Origin: a virus
IMG/VR virus record: IMGVR_UViG_3300017728_002360
Reading direction: 5' to 3' (one strand)
Length of the DNA: 64,000 bases
Shown: positions 1-11,300 of the stretch, piece after piece
Position numbering within the stretch: position 1 is the stretch's first letter
Layout of the letters: each line of letters starts with the position of its first letter
The notes under the pieces: model-generated
The model's input: only the letters and a program-made list of their open reading frames with translations
The model's database searches: none
Told to the model about the DNA's origin: nothing
Program-made: the position numbers and the translations under genes

Positions 1-3000
1 TAACAAAGTGTATTCTACCACTGTTGCTAACATCTAAGTTTCCTGGAGCACTTACATATAATCTATAAAAATCTGTTATTGTATTTGACTTACATAATTC
101 TATCTGAGTACCTAGATTACGGTTACTTGCTCTTTGAGGATTTGTGTAACCATGCTGGTAACTATAAAGTCCTGTACCCATTTTTTCATAAACAAAATAT
201 ACACCTTCGTTTGTAAATGAACTTGCTGAACCAGTACTGTCTGTTTTAAGTGCTGAAACTTGTTTCCAATCCTTGTTAAGTGGATTAGGATAGTTAGGTG
301 TTCTTGCTACACCATTTACGGTCCTATCGTTATAAACTTGTATTTCAACTTCATTTCTAAATGTAGGTGTTGTTACAGGTAATTGTGTTGAGTCTGTAAA
401 TCTTACAACTACTAACTTACCAGTTAACGAACTAGACATATCCATATTGTCTAATCTACCTGATAGTCTGTCAATGCCTGCACTTACTCCATCTTTAATT
501 GCAATGGTGCTTGTTGCGGAGTGTAAATTACCAAAGCTAAATGTACCGCTTCTATTTTTAACGTATACTCTACAATCCAATAATTGTTCTTGTACATAAA
601 CAACTTCACCAGTTGCGTTTGTATTTTGATCAATAATCGTTTGTCCTATCTGAGGAATAAAAGCATTACCTTGGTTATCAAAGTTTGTAAATGTAACATC
701 TACATAACCGTCCCATAGATCATAAACTTCGTGTCCTAGTGCTTGGTTAATGTAGTTTGTGTTTATTCCTAGTGTTGCAGGATCAAATACAGTATTCAAA
801 CTATTTCTAACCTTATTGACATACATCTTAAATGTATCGCCTGTGTTTAGTGTATCTGTCCAAGCCTTGTTTGCTCTAAAGAACCAGTATGGACTTAGGT
901 CTGGCATACCTTGTTTGTTGTAGAAACTTAAATGTCCTAACTTACCGCCCTTGGTTGGATCACTAACTTGATTCAACGCATACACATCGTCCATTGTGTT
1001 ATAGTATACTTCAGGTGATTTACTTTCTGATTGTGTAATAATATCCTGTACTACAAACTGTGGAGTTGTTACACTCTTAACTGAACTTGTAAAACTTGTT
1101 AAGCCAGTTACTTTCCACCAGCCGCCAAACGTTGCTCCAGAATTTAAAGGATTCAATGCAACATAAGTTCCCATGTTTTGCGTACCAAGTGTTGCACTAC
1201 CACTATCAGTGAACTCACCGTTCATATCTTTGATATAGATAGTTGCTTGGTTTACGTTTTCAACATGGATGTAATCAACTGTACCTATTGCAGTTGTTGT
1301 ACTAATAGTATCACCAACGTTAGGTGTTCTTAACATATTATCAAAGTATAGTATTGCATCTACTTTACTTGCAATAGTTTTACTTCCTTCGAATTGTGCT
1401 ACGCCCGGGCCGTTGCTACCAAAAGGTAAAATACCCGCTGGATAATTTTGTGAATATTGATCCCAGTTTAATACAATAGTGTCGCCAGCCGCTGTTGCTT
1501 CGTATTGAGACAACGGAGCTCTAATTAACATATGATCCGTTGGAACATTAAAGTGATAATTACCCCTTACAGCATAAACAACTTCTGGATAGTTTGACCC
1601 GTTCCATGAAGCTTCTGCTACTGTGGCAGTATCATAAAAACTGTTAAATGTTAATGTACCTTGTGCCTGTGCAATAGGAAATTGTGCTTCCCAGAAGTTT
1701 TCCTGATAGTTTACAATGTCGTTCTTAACATAAGACTGAGCACCTGTGAAGCTTCCTGCAAATTTTGTTTTAACGTTACTTGCCTGCGGTGCACCTACCA
1801 CTAACCATTTGCTATCTCTTGATAACGCAAGTCCTGTACCAAACTTACCGTCACCTGTGTAAATACCTGTTGGTGCGTCTAATGTTTGTGCGTGTATATA
1901 TTGTCCGCCATCGTTTGTTCTATTGTATATGTAAACCTTGTTGGATTCACTTGCACCTACAACTAGTGTTGAGTTTCTTTCATCACAAGCAATTACTTTA
2001 CCAAAGTTTGTGGTAATATCACTTGTTTCTACATTAGAAATAACTTGGTGTTGGCTATGTACAGGATTGTTTTTAATTACTACCCATTTGCTAGAACTAT
2101 CATCGTCAACCCAAATAGTTTCACCTACTTTTATTTCACTGTTTATAAGTTTTGTATTTGCCGCTTCTAGGTCTGCAACTCTAACAGAAGTAAAGTTAGT
2201 AACAAATCCTGTTGCAGGATCTACATCTGTTGTTTTTCCATTTTCAGTACAAAATACAGTATCTAATTCTGAACGTAATACTTTGTAAAATCTTTCATTG
2301 TCAGTAACATCAACTAAACCAATGATATCGTCTTTGACATATCTTGCTTGATTGTTTAGTTTTACTTCAACTTCATCAGTTGTACTATTTTTTGTTAGCT
2401 TAATTACTTTGTCTTCTGTACGTAGATATTTAAATACGTCCCAGTCGTTAGTTTTGTTTGTACCTGTCCAAATATAATCACCAACGTTAAGAGTTGTAAT
2501 TGCAATATTTAAAATTGCATCATAGTTTGCAACCTGTGTTTTAACATCTGAAGGATTAACGTATCCTGCTGTTTGAATGTAATCAACATCTTTATATTTT
2601 GTAGGGAATGGTTTATGATTATATCCATCTGGTTTTAAATAAGTTTCAAACGGTCTTTGTCTGTAAATTAAATCAGTTTCTGTTCCTGTGACACTATCTA
2701 CAAGTGCAACAGGTTGCGGAGATAATCTAAACTTCGCTTCGTCAAGTTTATATTCTACTTCGTCAAAGGATTGTGCCGCACCTATTTGTCCTAAACGTAA
2801 AGCCCATTCTTCATGAAACTCTACACTATCAGCATCTGTGTTTGATAAAGCATCAAACAGTTTAGTTAAACTATTCTTTGTACTTTTGTCTTGAATAAAT
2901 CCTTGATAGAATTTATACTGTGAAACATCATCATTAATAATGTTTTCCAAATACTTACGTTTCTGATAACCAATTAAATGCTGTGCAACTCTTTGTTGTG

Positions 3001-6000
3001 AAGTATCAAAGTTATCTGTATCTAAATCATAGAAATCTTCAAACTGTTTTGCTTTGTAATCAAAGTTTGCCATTAGTCCTGGCTCTGGTCGTTTATCTAA
3101 ACGTTCCCATTGTTTAGCATCAAAGTTTAATTGTCCTGGAATTTTTACTTTTGCAACATAATAAAATTCTTTGTGTTTTACTGTATCGCCAACTGCGTAA
3201 TCTGTCCACTCTGCCCATTCTGTAACCTTGGCATTGTCATATATAAATCCTGGAATGTTAAAGCCACCAGTCCATTTGTCTGTTCTGTAGCCCATAACTT
3301 TTATTCTTGACTGACGGTAGCCTGGTTCTAGATCGTAAATGTAATCTTTAAACACAGTTGTATTGTCTAATAATACAACGTGTTCAGTTTGTACTAATGG
3401 TAACTTAACACTAAAGATTCCGTCCGGTGTATTTTTAGTAGTGATCTCAATCCTGTTATCATTGTCTCTATAAACACTTGCATAAGCAGGAATTAATTTT
3501 TTACCATCTGCTTTGAATAAGTTATAACCGTAAAAGTTATCAAAGATATCATCAGCTACGTGATATTTTTTATAGTAGCAAATCTTGTTTGCACCAGCAC
3601 TTAAAGTAATAACACTTTTTTCTGCCCAGTTCTGTGTAGTCCAGAACATATATTCTTTTGCACTTAAACGCCAATCCTCAACTTCGTTTATATCTGTATT
3701 GTAATTCTCAAAAACAAATCCTTGAACTTTTAAATATCTTTCATAACCTAGCAAGAAGTCTACTACTTGTTGAATAGTTTGTAATTGTGTTCCGTAAGCA
3801 AGTTCTAATGGTTCGTCATTTATTCCTTCATTCCACTGTCTATGGAATACTGCTGTTCTGCCACCCTCTACAGGAAGTTCTGGCATAGCAACAAATTTTG
3901 TTTGATCAAAACTTTCAGCGGCAATGTGTTGGCTTTCTGTCATAAAGTAACGTCCACCAAACTCTACAATTAGTCCTGGGCTGTAACTTTGTCCTTCTGT
4001 CCAAGTTACAAAGTCTGCACTTACTCCGCCCACTCTCACTACAGGATCGTCTGCTAATGATATTGGTGAGTAATATTTAAAGTAAGGATTATTATAGTTG
4101 TAACCTCTAATAACAAATCCGCCTTGGACCTTTTCAATGATTACACCACTGTATGGAACAAGGTCAATTACACTTGACTTGTTTAAAAATATTTGATAGT
4201 TTTCTTCAGGAACAAACACGTTACCTTCGTTGAACGGTGTTCTTGAATCTAGTATAAGTTTAAATTTACTCTTGTCAGTAAATCCGCCAATCTTTAATCC
4301 TAATTGGTTAGTAACATTTTTAAGATCTGTTTGATAATTTTTGTAATACTTAACTGTTCTACTATTCATGTAATCATGAACATAGTTTACTAGTCCTGCT
4401 GTTTGTACTCTAATAGTATCTGAAGTTGTATTAGGAAAAACAACATCTTCAAGTCTTAATCTTTTATTTGTTTCACTGTAAATAACTTCTTTAGCAGGGT
4501 TACGTTTAATTCTTGATCTATCATAACCTAGTCCTAAGATTTTAGTTGGCTGATTTAACAACCAAGCAATCATTAGTGCAAATGGATACTCTGAACTTCT
4601 ACGCCAAGCTGTTTCTGTAGGTGCTTGATCTCCAAACACAAACGTCTGTTGTGTTCTATTACTAATATAATCTTTTGCATAGTTTGAATCCAATGGACTT
4701 AACAGTTCGCCGCCATCATCTACAGGAATATGTTTTGTTATATTTGCTCTAGCATACTTGCTGTTATAAGTTACAGGTTCATTAGGTATTCTATATGCAC
4801 CCTTCTCTATGTCTTGCCATAGTATTTTATTTTCACTTGTATAAGGTGCCGCACCATAAACAGTCTGCCACCAAGTTGGCTCTTCGCTGTATCCTAATAT
4901 TTCCCAAGGGTGTGTATGAGGACGATCAGTATCATATGCTTCTTTGTATATTGCTCTCCAATACCCTGCGTTTTGTTTTCCGCTTGGACTATTGGTGTTG
5001 CTGTAATTAAATGTAAAGCTGTTAGTTCTTGACCAAAAGCTGTTATCTGCATAGTCCGGAGAACCTACTGCATTATTCCATTCAATAAATTCTGGTAACA
5101 ATGACTTGTCTCTAGCTGATCTTGTAAATGTTGTATCCCTACTTTCACCGCCGATGAATTCAAATATGTTTATCATAGTAGCATCATATTCTACTTTGAT
5201 ATTATTATAAATTCTTTTTTCTAGTTCTAATAATAAATCATCTCTAAAGTCTTCGTACGCAACAAAAATACTTCCGTCGTGTCCTTGAATAACTTTAGTT
5301 GGAACTTGATATGTTGTATCAGTAAATATCTCTGGTTTAAACTTTGGATACAAACCTAGTTTAGTAGGAGTTGCAGGAATGTAACTTCCGTCAGTTGTAT
5401 TGTATTCGTAAATATCAATAACATCATTAATAACTTTTGTTTTAGTAATAGTTACAAAGCCACTAAAGTCTGATTCAAATTTGTAATCAGTGCCTTCTAT
5501 AAGTTGAACCCCATTTATATAAACGTTTACGGACTTATTAGAAAGTGTTGTAAGATCAAATGCTGTATTCAATGCGTAATATTGTGTGCTTGGATTCTCT
5601 ACAACGTGTGTTGACCTCTTAGCACTTGTATAGCCAAGCATATCACTGAAGTAGAACGGCATATCATTTGACTTATCTTTATTAAGTTTTTCCATCACTA
5701 AATCAAAGTGAATCTTATTCTGTCCGTCAAATCCTAGCTTGTCTGCTGTTTGTAAGAACAGCTTTCTAAACTTGCCGTATTCTCTTTTTGCAAATTGTAA
5801 CGATTTAATAATGTTAGCATCTTTGCTTGTGATATGATAGTTTGCTAAATTAAATGGTCCACTGTGTTGTACAAATCTGTTACCATATGCAGATAAATTT
5901 CCTAAATCTCTTAAATTACCTGTACCTGGAAAGTCTCCTACAAAATCATCACGCATCTCGCAGATGCTTAACACATGATCGTTAACTTCACCTAGTGTAA

Positions 6001-8317
6001 AAGAATCTATGTTATTGTTAAGTGGATTGTGTTCTAAGTTTGATGCTATTTCATAAACACCGTTAGCATTTTTCTTTGTAGCACTTTTTGTTTTAATAAC
6101 AAGTATGTCATCTACTTTAAGATCTGTAACAAATGTTACAAATGCAGTTCTATTAATTCTGTTGATGGTATAATCTATACCATTCATTTTTCTTTTGTTG
6201 TTTACGTATACTCTTACAAACAAGTCGTTTAGATCGCCACTGTTATCGTAAACATCAATTCCAAAGTCATTGTATTGTGTATCTACAATATATTGACGTT
6301 CTACTAACTGTTTGCTATCTTCATAGCCTTTAGTCCAACCTGATGTATATGTAAATGTAGTTCTATCTGAATATCTTCTTAAAAGACCTACATCTGTGTT
6401 AGCTGTTACGTTTGCATTGTCTTCGTCTTGGTATGTAAATGAATCTTGTAATAAGTTAAAGTCAAATACAATATCACCTGTGTTTTCTAATGCTCTATAA
6501 GTTAAAGGGAATCCTAATACAACATCATTAGTTCCTGTTCCTTTTTTATATGAAAATACTTTAGTTCCACTAAACGTTGAATTGTTATAAATTGTTGCAC
6601 TATTGAAACTGTTACCGCTTTGATCAAATAAGTCAAACGTAGGAGATTGGTTAATTGCAGTTTTATCCTGTCCAGCTAACCACTTGGTACCATTGAAGTA
6701 CCACATCTTACCTTTATAGTCTGTACCATCATTAATCAATACTGTTTCATTCTCTAATGGATCAGTATCTGTTTCTTCAATTAAACTAATTTGTCTAATA
6801 AAGTTATGTGTGATAAATTTTACTTTAAAAATTTTACCTGCAACTCTTGTATCAGGATCAGCAGTAAACAGAAGTCTCATTCCGTCCGCTACGTCTACTC
6901 CGTCAATGTTGTAACCTAATGCTCCTTCAATAGTTGAAAATACATCAGTTGTAAAAGTATCTAATAAGTCAACATTATCTTTTGCAGATGTACCAAAGTT
7001 CCAAAGTTTAAGATCGCTATCAAATTCAATAATAGGTCTTGCCGCTCTACCTGTTTGGTTAACATCACTAGGTTGCTTGTTAATTAATGCTATAGTTTCT
7101 AAAACATCTTTGTGAAACCATCTGTTATATCTTGACCATTGTGATTTACTTGGACTTGCTCTGTTTTGTATAATGTAATCTTTGTCTTTTGCCCAAGCAT
7201 TGGCATTACTGAAAGGTGCTCTATCAAAACTTTCGCTATCAAAAGGAATAGATTTGTTTGTGCTTACAGTACCTGGTACTTCTATTTCTTGTTCGTTGAT
7301 TAATCTAATCTCATCACCAACGCCTTCAACATACCAATTACCTTCTGCATACTTGGCAGGTGTTACTGTACCTTGGAAGTCTAGCTTCATACCATTTGAC
7401 AACTCGTAACCGTTTGTCATTTTGTAAGTTTTCTTACCAACAATCTCTTTTTCTACATCAATTTCAGTATTTTCTAAAATATCATAAACTTGTATTAATC
7501 CACTTGCATTAATATCATTGCCATTTACATAATATAATGTGTCTGGTGCAAGTAAGTCTACTTCAAACTCAATGATACCAACGTCTGTGCTGTGTGTACT
7601 ATCGCTAATACCTACACTATAATTGTATTGTGAATCTAATGTTCTAGCTGTCTTGATTGACAACGGCATACCAGGAGTATTAATATCAAACTTATATGTT
7701 TGTCCTCTGTATAATTTAAGTGTTGGATTAGATGTATTTCCGTCCGTGGAAAATATGTATGCTTTGTTATCCAAGTTGTCTTGGCTTGTAACCGTGTATG
7801 TGCTTACTAGTCCTCTTACTTGTCCAACAACAGGAATAGACAATGGTCCGTTCTCTAACCAATAGTAATCTCTAAAGTTTGTAAACTTATCCCAATCAAT
7901 GTTAGGATTCCAAGCATAATATTCTTGGCTAAACAATTTACTGTCGTTGTCTACAGTACCGTTAAATGCTTTGATTTGATTTTTTAAATCGTTATAGTCT
8001 TTGTAAAAAGTAACGTTGTTTAATTCGTCCTTGATTACTGTTGCAGGCTCTAACTGATAATTTTCTCTTTGAGTACTTACATCACCAACATAGTTGTCAG
8101 CCGCCTTACGTGCTTTAGAAATTCTTCTACCATAGTAAGCACTAATCTTTTCAGCAACACCTGGTTGTGTAAGTTGATCTAGTGTACCTTGTAAAAACTT
8201 TTTGTTGTGTGAAGTACGAAAGTATCTTGGCAGATGTTCTGCACTAGTTCTAGTACGTTTGTCTTCTTGTCCTGGAACTGGTAACGGATATTCGTTTTGG
8301 TTATCATCATATGACAT
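1..8317 (-). CDS. Giant baseplate/virion structural protein (>2,770 aa, runs off the left edge); gp7-like position, FG-GAP-like repeats near the window edge
   Basis: Not in the ORF track because it has no stop in the window. ATG at 8315-8317 overlaps the gp6-like stop (TAATG) and reads MSYDDNQNEYPLPVPGQEDKRTRTSAEHLPRYFRT. Spot checks at ~7130 (WSRYNRWFH), ~4600 (PTETAWRRSSEYPF), ~1790 (KWLVVGAPQA) and 2-67 (YRLYVSAPGNLDVSNSGRIHFV) are all in the same open frame. Function is inferred from position after gp6. Confidence 0.85.
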   Translation of the reverse strand, partial: MSYDDNQNEYPLPVPGQEDKRTRTSAEHLPRYFRTSHNKKFLQGTLDQLTQPGVAEKISAYYGRRISKARKAADNYVGDVSTQRENYQLEPATVIKDELNNVTFYKDYNDLKNQIKAFNGTVDNDSKLFSQEYYAWNPNIDWDKFTNFRDYYWLENGPLSIPVVGQVRGLVSTYTVTSQDNLDNKAYIFSTDGNTSNPTLKLYRGQTYKFDINTPGMPLSIKTARTLDSQYNYSVGISDSTHSTDVGIIEFEVDLLAPDTLYYVNGNDINASGLIQVYDILENTEIDVEKEIVGKKTYKMTNGYELSNGMKLDFQGTVTPAKYAEGNWYVEGVGDEIRLINEQEIEVPGTVSTNKSIPFDSESFDRAPFSNANAWAKDKDYIIQNRASPSKSQWSRYNRWFHKDVLETIALINKQPSDVNQTGRAARPIIEFDSDLKLWNFGTSAKDNVDLLDTFTTDVFSTIEGALGYNIDGVDVADGMRLLFTADPDTRVAGKIFKVKFITHNFIRQISLIEETDTDPLENETVLINDGTDYKGKMWYFNGTKWLAGQDKTAINQSPTFDLFDQSGNSFNSATIYNNSTFSGTKVFSYKKGTGTNDVVLGFPLTYRALENTGDIVFDFNLLQDSFTYQDEDNANVTANTDVGLLRRYSDRTTFTYTSGWTKGYEDSKQLVERQYIVDTQYNDFGIDVYDNSGDLNDLFVRVYVNNKRKMNGIDYTINRINRTAFVTFVTDLKVDDILVIKTKSATKKNANGVYEIASNLEHNPLNNNIDSFTLGEVNDHVLSICEMRDDFVGDFPGTGNLRDLGNLSAYGNRFVQHSGPFNLANYHITSKDANIIKSLQFAKREYGKFRKLFLQTADKLGFDGQNKIHFDLVMEKLNKDKSNDMPFYFSDMLGYTSAKRSTHVVENPSTQYYALNTAFDLTTLSNKSVNVYINGVQLIEGTDYKFESDFSGFVTITKTKVINDVIDIYEYNTTDGSYIPATPTKLGLYPKFKPEIFTDTTYQVPTKVIQGHDGSIFVAYEDFRDDLLLELEKRIYNNIKVEYDATMINIFEFIGGESRDTTFTRSARDKSLLPEFIEWNNAVGSPDYADNSFWSRTNSFTFNYSNTNSPSGKQNAGYWRAIYKEAYDTDRPHTHPWEILGYSEEPTWWQTVYGAAPYTSENKILWQDIEKGAYRIPNEPVTYNSKYARANITKHIPVDDGGELLSPLDSNYAKDYISNRTQQTFVFGDQAPTETAWRRSSEYPFALMIAWLLNQPTKILGLGYDRSRIKRNPAKEVIYSETNKRLRLEDVVFPNTTSDTIRVQTAGLVNYVHDYMNSRTVKYYKNYQTDLKNVTNQLGLKIGGFTDKSKFKLILDSRTPFNEGNVFVPEENYQIFLNKSSVIDLVPYSGVIIEKVQGGFVIRGYNYNNPYFKYYSPISLADDPVVRVGGVSADFVTWTEGQSYSPGLIVEFGGRYFMTESQHIAAESFDQTKFVAMPELPVEGGRTAVFHRQWNEGINDEPLELAYGTQLQTIQQVVDFLLGYERYLKVQGFVFENYNTDINEVEDWRLSAKEYMFWTTQNWAEKSVITLSAGANKICYYKKYHVADDIFDNFYGYNLFKADGKKLIPAYASVYRDNDNRIEITTKNTPDGIFSVKLPLVQTEHVVLLDNTTVFKDYIYDLEPGYRQSRIKVMGYRTDKWTGGFNIPGFIYDNAKVTEWAEWTDYAVGDTVKHKEFYYVAKVKIPGQLNFDAKQWERLDKRPEPGLMANFDYKAKQFEDFYDLDTDNFDTSQQRVAQHLIGYQKRKYLENIINDDVSQYKFYQGFIQDKSTKNSLTKLFDALSNTDADSVEFHEEWALRLGQIGAAQSFDEVEYKLDEAKFRLSPQPVALVDSVTGTETDLIYRQRPFETYLKPDGYNHKPFPTKYKDVDYIQTAGYVNPSDVKTQVANYDAILNIAITTLNVGDYIWTGTNKTNDWDVFKYLRTEDKVIKLTKNSTTDEVEVKLNNQARYVKDDIIGLVDVTDNERFYKVLRSELDTVFCTENGKTTDVDPATGFVTNFTSVRVADLEAANTKLINSEIKVGETIWVDDDSSSKWVVIKNNPVHSQHQVISNVETSDITTNFGKVIACDERNSTLVVGASESNKVYIYNRTNDGGQYIHAQTLDAPTGIYTGDGKFGTGLALSRDSKWLVVGAPQASNVKTKFAGSFTGAQSYVKNDIVNYQENFWEAQFPIAQAQGTLTFNSFYDTATVAEASWNGSNYPEVVYAVRGNYHFNVPTDHMLIRAPLSQYEATAAGDTIVLNWDQYSQNYPAGILPFGSNGPGVAQFEGSKTIASKVDAILYFDNMLRTPNVGDTISTTTAIGTVDYIHVENVNQATIYIKDMNGEFTDSGSATLGTQNMGTYVALNPLNSGATFGGWWKVTGLTSFTSSVKSVTTPQFVVQDIITQSESKSPEVYYNTMDDVYALNQVSDPTKGGKLGHLSFYNKQGMPDLSPYWFFRANKAWTDTLNTGDTFKMYVNKVRNSLNTVFDPATLGINTNYINQALGHEVYDLWDGYVDVTFTNFDNQGNAFIPQIGQTIIDQNTNATGEVVYVQEQLLDCRVYVKNRSGTFSFGNLHSATSTIAIKDGVSAGIDRLSGRLDNMDMSSSLTGKLVVVRFTDSTQLPVTTPTFRNEVEIQVYNDRTVNGVARTPNYPNPLNKDWKQVSALKTDSTGSASSFTNEGVYFVYEKMGTGLYSYQHGYTNPQRASNRNLGTQIELCKSNTITDFYRLYVSAPGNLDVSNSGRIHFV

Positions 8318-11300
8318 TAATATCCACTCCCAGACGATCCGCTACTGCTTGAACTAGAACTGCTTGAACTTGAACTGCTTGAACTAGAACTGCTTGAACT
8401 TGTTGTATTTCCTGAAGTATAACTTGATCCGCTTGTAACACCGCTTGTTGTAGCTGTTGTTCCTGTAATAACTGTACCTGATGCTTTTAACTTACTTGCC
8501 GTAATTGCATCGATAATTGTTACGTCATCAACTGTTGCTCCACTTATGAAAACTTCATCTGATTCAGACTTAATTTCATAAAGACTTCCAAATCCTTGTG
8601 AGTCTTGCTTAGGAACAATTACAATGTTAACTAGATCAGGTGCAACTTGATTCATTACATAAGTAGCCATCTCTGAGAAATGAAAACTGTCACCGAAGTC
8701 CCAGTTTTCTAAAGCAAAGTATTCATTTATTGCAGAAATCACTCTTGCTTTAATATCGTTATCATTAACAACTTGATCTGGGTTCTTTACAATTTTAATA
8801 TTAGCTTGAACCTGAGCGTCAGCTTTTGCTCCAAATAAAACTTTATATTTTACTGGATGGTAAATTACGTCATCACTGATAGATTTAATTTTATTAATTT
8901 CTCCACCATAGTTGTTAAACAGATTATCGCTACTTGGCGGTAATGGTTTAGCTGTAAGTGTGCCATCTAAGTATTGTCTAAAGTTTGTATCATAAGTTCT
9001 AGTTAACAAATAAGTGTCAATGATGTTACTTGAACTTGGATCGATTCTACTGTCATCGTCTGCAGAGTGAATATAATGGAATTTAATTCCATCTCTACCT
9101 ACGTATGCTTTGTAGTCTGTTGTTAATGCTAGTGTGCCTGCTGTTGAACTGTAAATTTTAAACACACCTTCAGTAACTAGATAAAACACTTGCCCGTCTG
9201 TGTAAGAGCTTAATGCACCTACTACACTTTCGCTTTGTTTTATTTGTACTGCATTAGAACTATTGTCCATATATTTGTAATCTTCAATACCATCTGACGT
9301 TGTATATTTCTTTTGGAAGATATATTTTGTCAATGGATTTGTAGCTTCATCAACAACTGTTACAAAAGTTTCTGGATCATCAACTACACCGTCACTGTCT
9401 GAATCAAAGAAAGAAATTTCTACCTTCTTACTATCAATATATCCGTCACCGTCTCTGTATTCCTTAGATACTTCCCAAGGATAATCAACAGTAAACGCAC
9501 TTGTACTGTCTGGTCGTGTGTTAATGCTTAATATGTTAATCTTGTCTTTAATAATTTGTCCTGTTCTATTATCAAATATCTTGCTTGTACTATCATAATA
9601 GAATCTAATCTCTTCATTACTTTCAAAAATGTATCTTTGTCCTCTAGAAGTAATTGTGTACTTTTCACCATCTGTTTCAAATAGCAATAACCAAGAACTG
9701 TCTAACTGTTGATCAGTAACATCTCCTGTTTTACCTGTACTAAAGTCACTTGTAATATCTAAATTGTTTTGCGTAATCATACGCCATTGTCTTAGGTTTA
9801 CATCATAACGTAATCCAAATGTTTTGAATGCAAATACTTGGTCAACTATCTGTGACTGTACATCTGATAATAATGTTTTACCAAACTTAGGTCTTAGTTC
9901 TGAAAGAATAGCACCTGTAGGAATAATATCATTTAGTATGATAGGTCCTGTACCGTCATCATTGTCAGTTCTACCATCTCCAGTAACACTTACAACTTTT
10001 ACCCATTTGTAAGTTATTGCATTAGGATGATCTGCATTGCCTTGCATAAGTGCATGGCTGTTGTTTGACATAAAGTGAAAACCTGTTGGAGCAACAAACT
10101 TTAATAGTGTTCCTGCTTCAATAAATTTTAACGCACTACTTGTAAACGTTCCTACTTGTAACGTAGAATCTGTTACATCAACAAATGATCCTGTTGCTTG
10201 ATTTGTTATAGCTGTTTTCTGTGACCATTTAGCACCTAAGTCAGCAACTAGTGTCTTAGGAAAGTTAGTCAAATAATAATTTAACATTTGCTTTTGACTT
10301 AGAATAGGTGTTATGGTATTTGCAATAACTCCTTGTACGTCTGTTTTAGTACTAAAAGTAAATGTTTTCTTTTCTGTAAACTTATCTTTGTATATGATTC
10401 CGTCAGCACCATATAAATTAGTTGAACTATATTTTCCTGTGCTATCTAACAAATCGTAGTATCTTGAAATACCTGAACTTGTTCTATTAACACTTTTAGT
10501 TTTAATAATTTCTTGGCTGATTCCTAATGGACTAACTTGATAGTCCTCACCAGTAACCATTCTATTCTGTGTATAATAAGTGCTTGGTGCATTTTCTCTA
10601 ATACTTGCATTGGTTTCAGAAACCGTAGCATTGTCTACAGTATATTTTAGTTCCAAACTTAATGTTATATTTTCTGGATTACCTGTTTTAGAAGTGTAAG
10701 GAATTGTAACACTAATTGCAACTAAATCTGAAGGTACAATATTATACTGATCATTAATACTTGTTCTGTAATAAACCCTAAACTGTCCTTTTGGTAAGTT
10801 ACCAAACGTACCATCACTAAAAATTAAATCTACTTTATCCTGTGTCTTACTTAAAGTTCCATAAATGTTTCTTATGCTTTTACGTAAACTGTTGTAAACA
10901 ATATTGTTACCTTCAATTGAATCAACTTTAGTCCATGATTCCGATTCAGCACCAATTGAATCTAATTTGTATAACCAGATATCTGTGTTATTGACGTTTG
11001 TTGCTTCAAGACTAATAGTTTGATTAGTGCTTGGTGAATCAACATTAAACGTACCTTGGTCTAATATACCTTGTCTAAAATGTGCAAAGTATCCTGTGTT
11101 AGAACTTCCTGGGCCACGTCCATCATCTCTGTATAAAAATGCTAGGTTGTTTCCTGGTAGTGGTGCTTCTTCTTCAATAACTCCACCAGTAACATTAGTT
11201 GATACAACTTGAAACTGCATATTCTTACCGTCAACGTTTTTACTAAAAGTATAAACAGGAACGTCTGAGTTGCTTGAATCAAATCTATATTGGTCTGTTG

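Noticed and set aside
1780-7865. Short plus-strand ORFs in the first 8 kb
   Set aside because: They are antisense to the giant minus-strand ORF.
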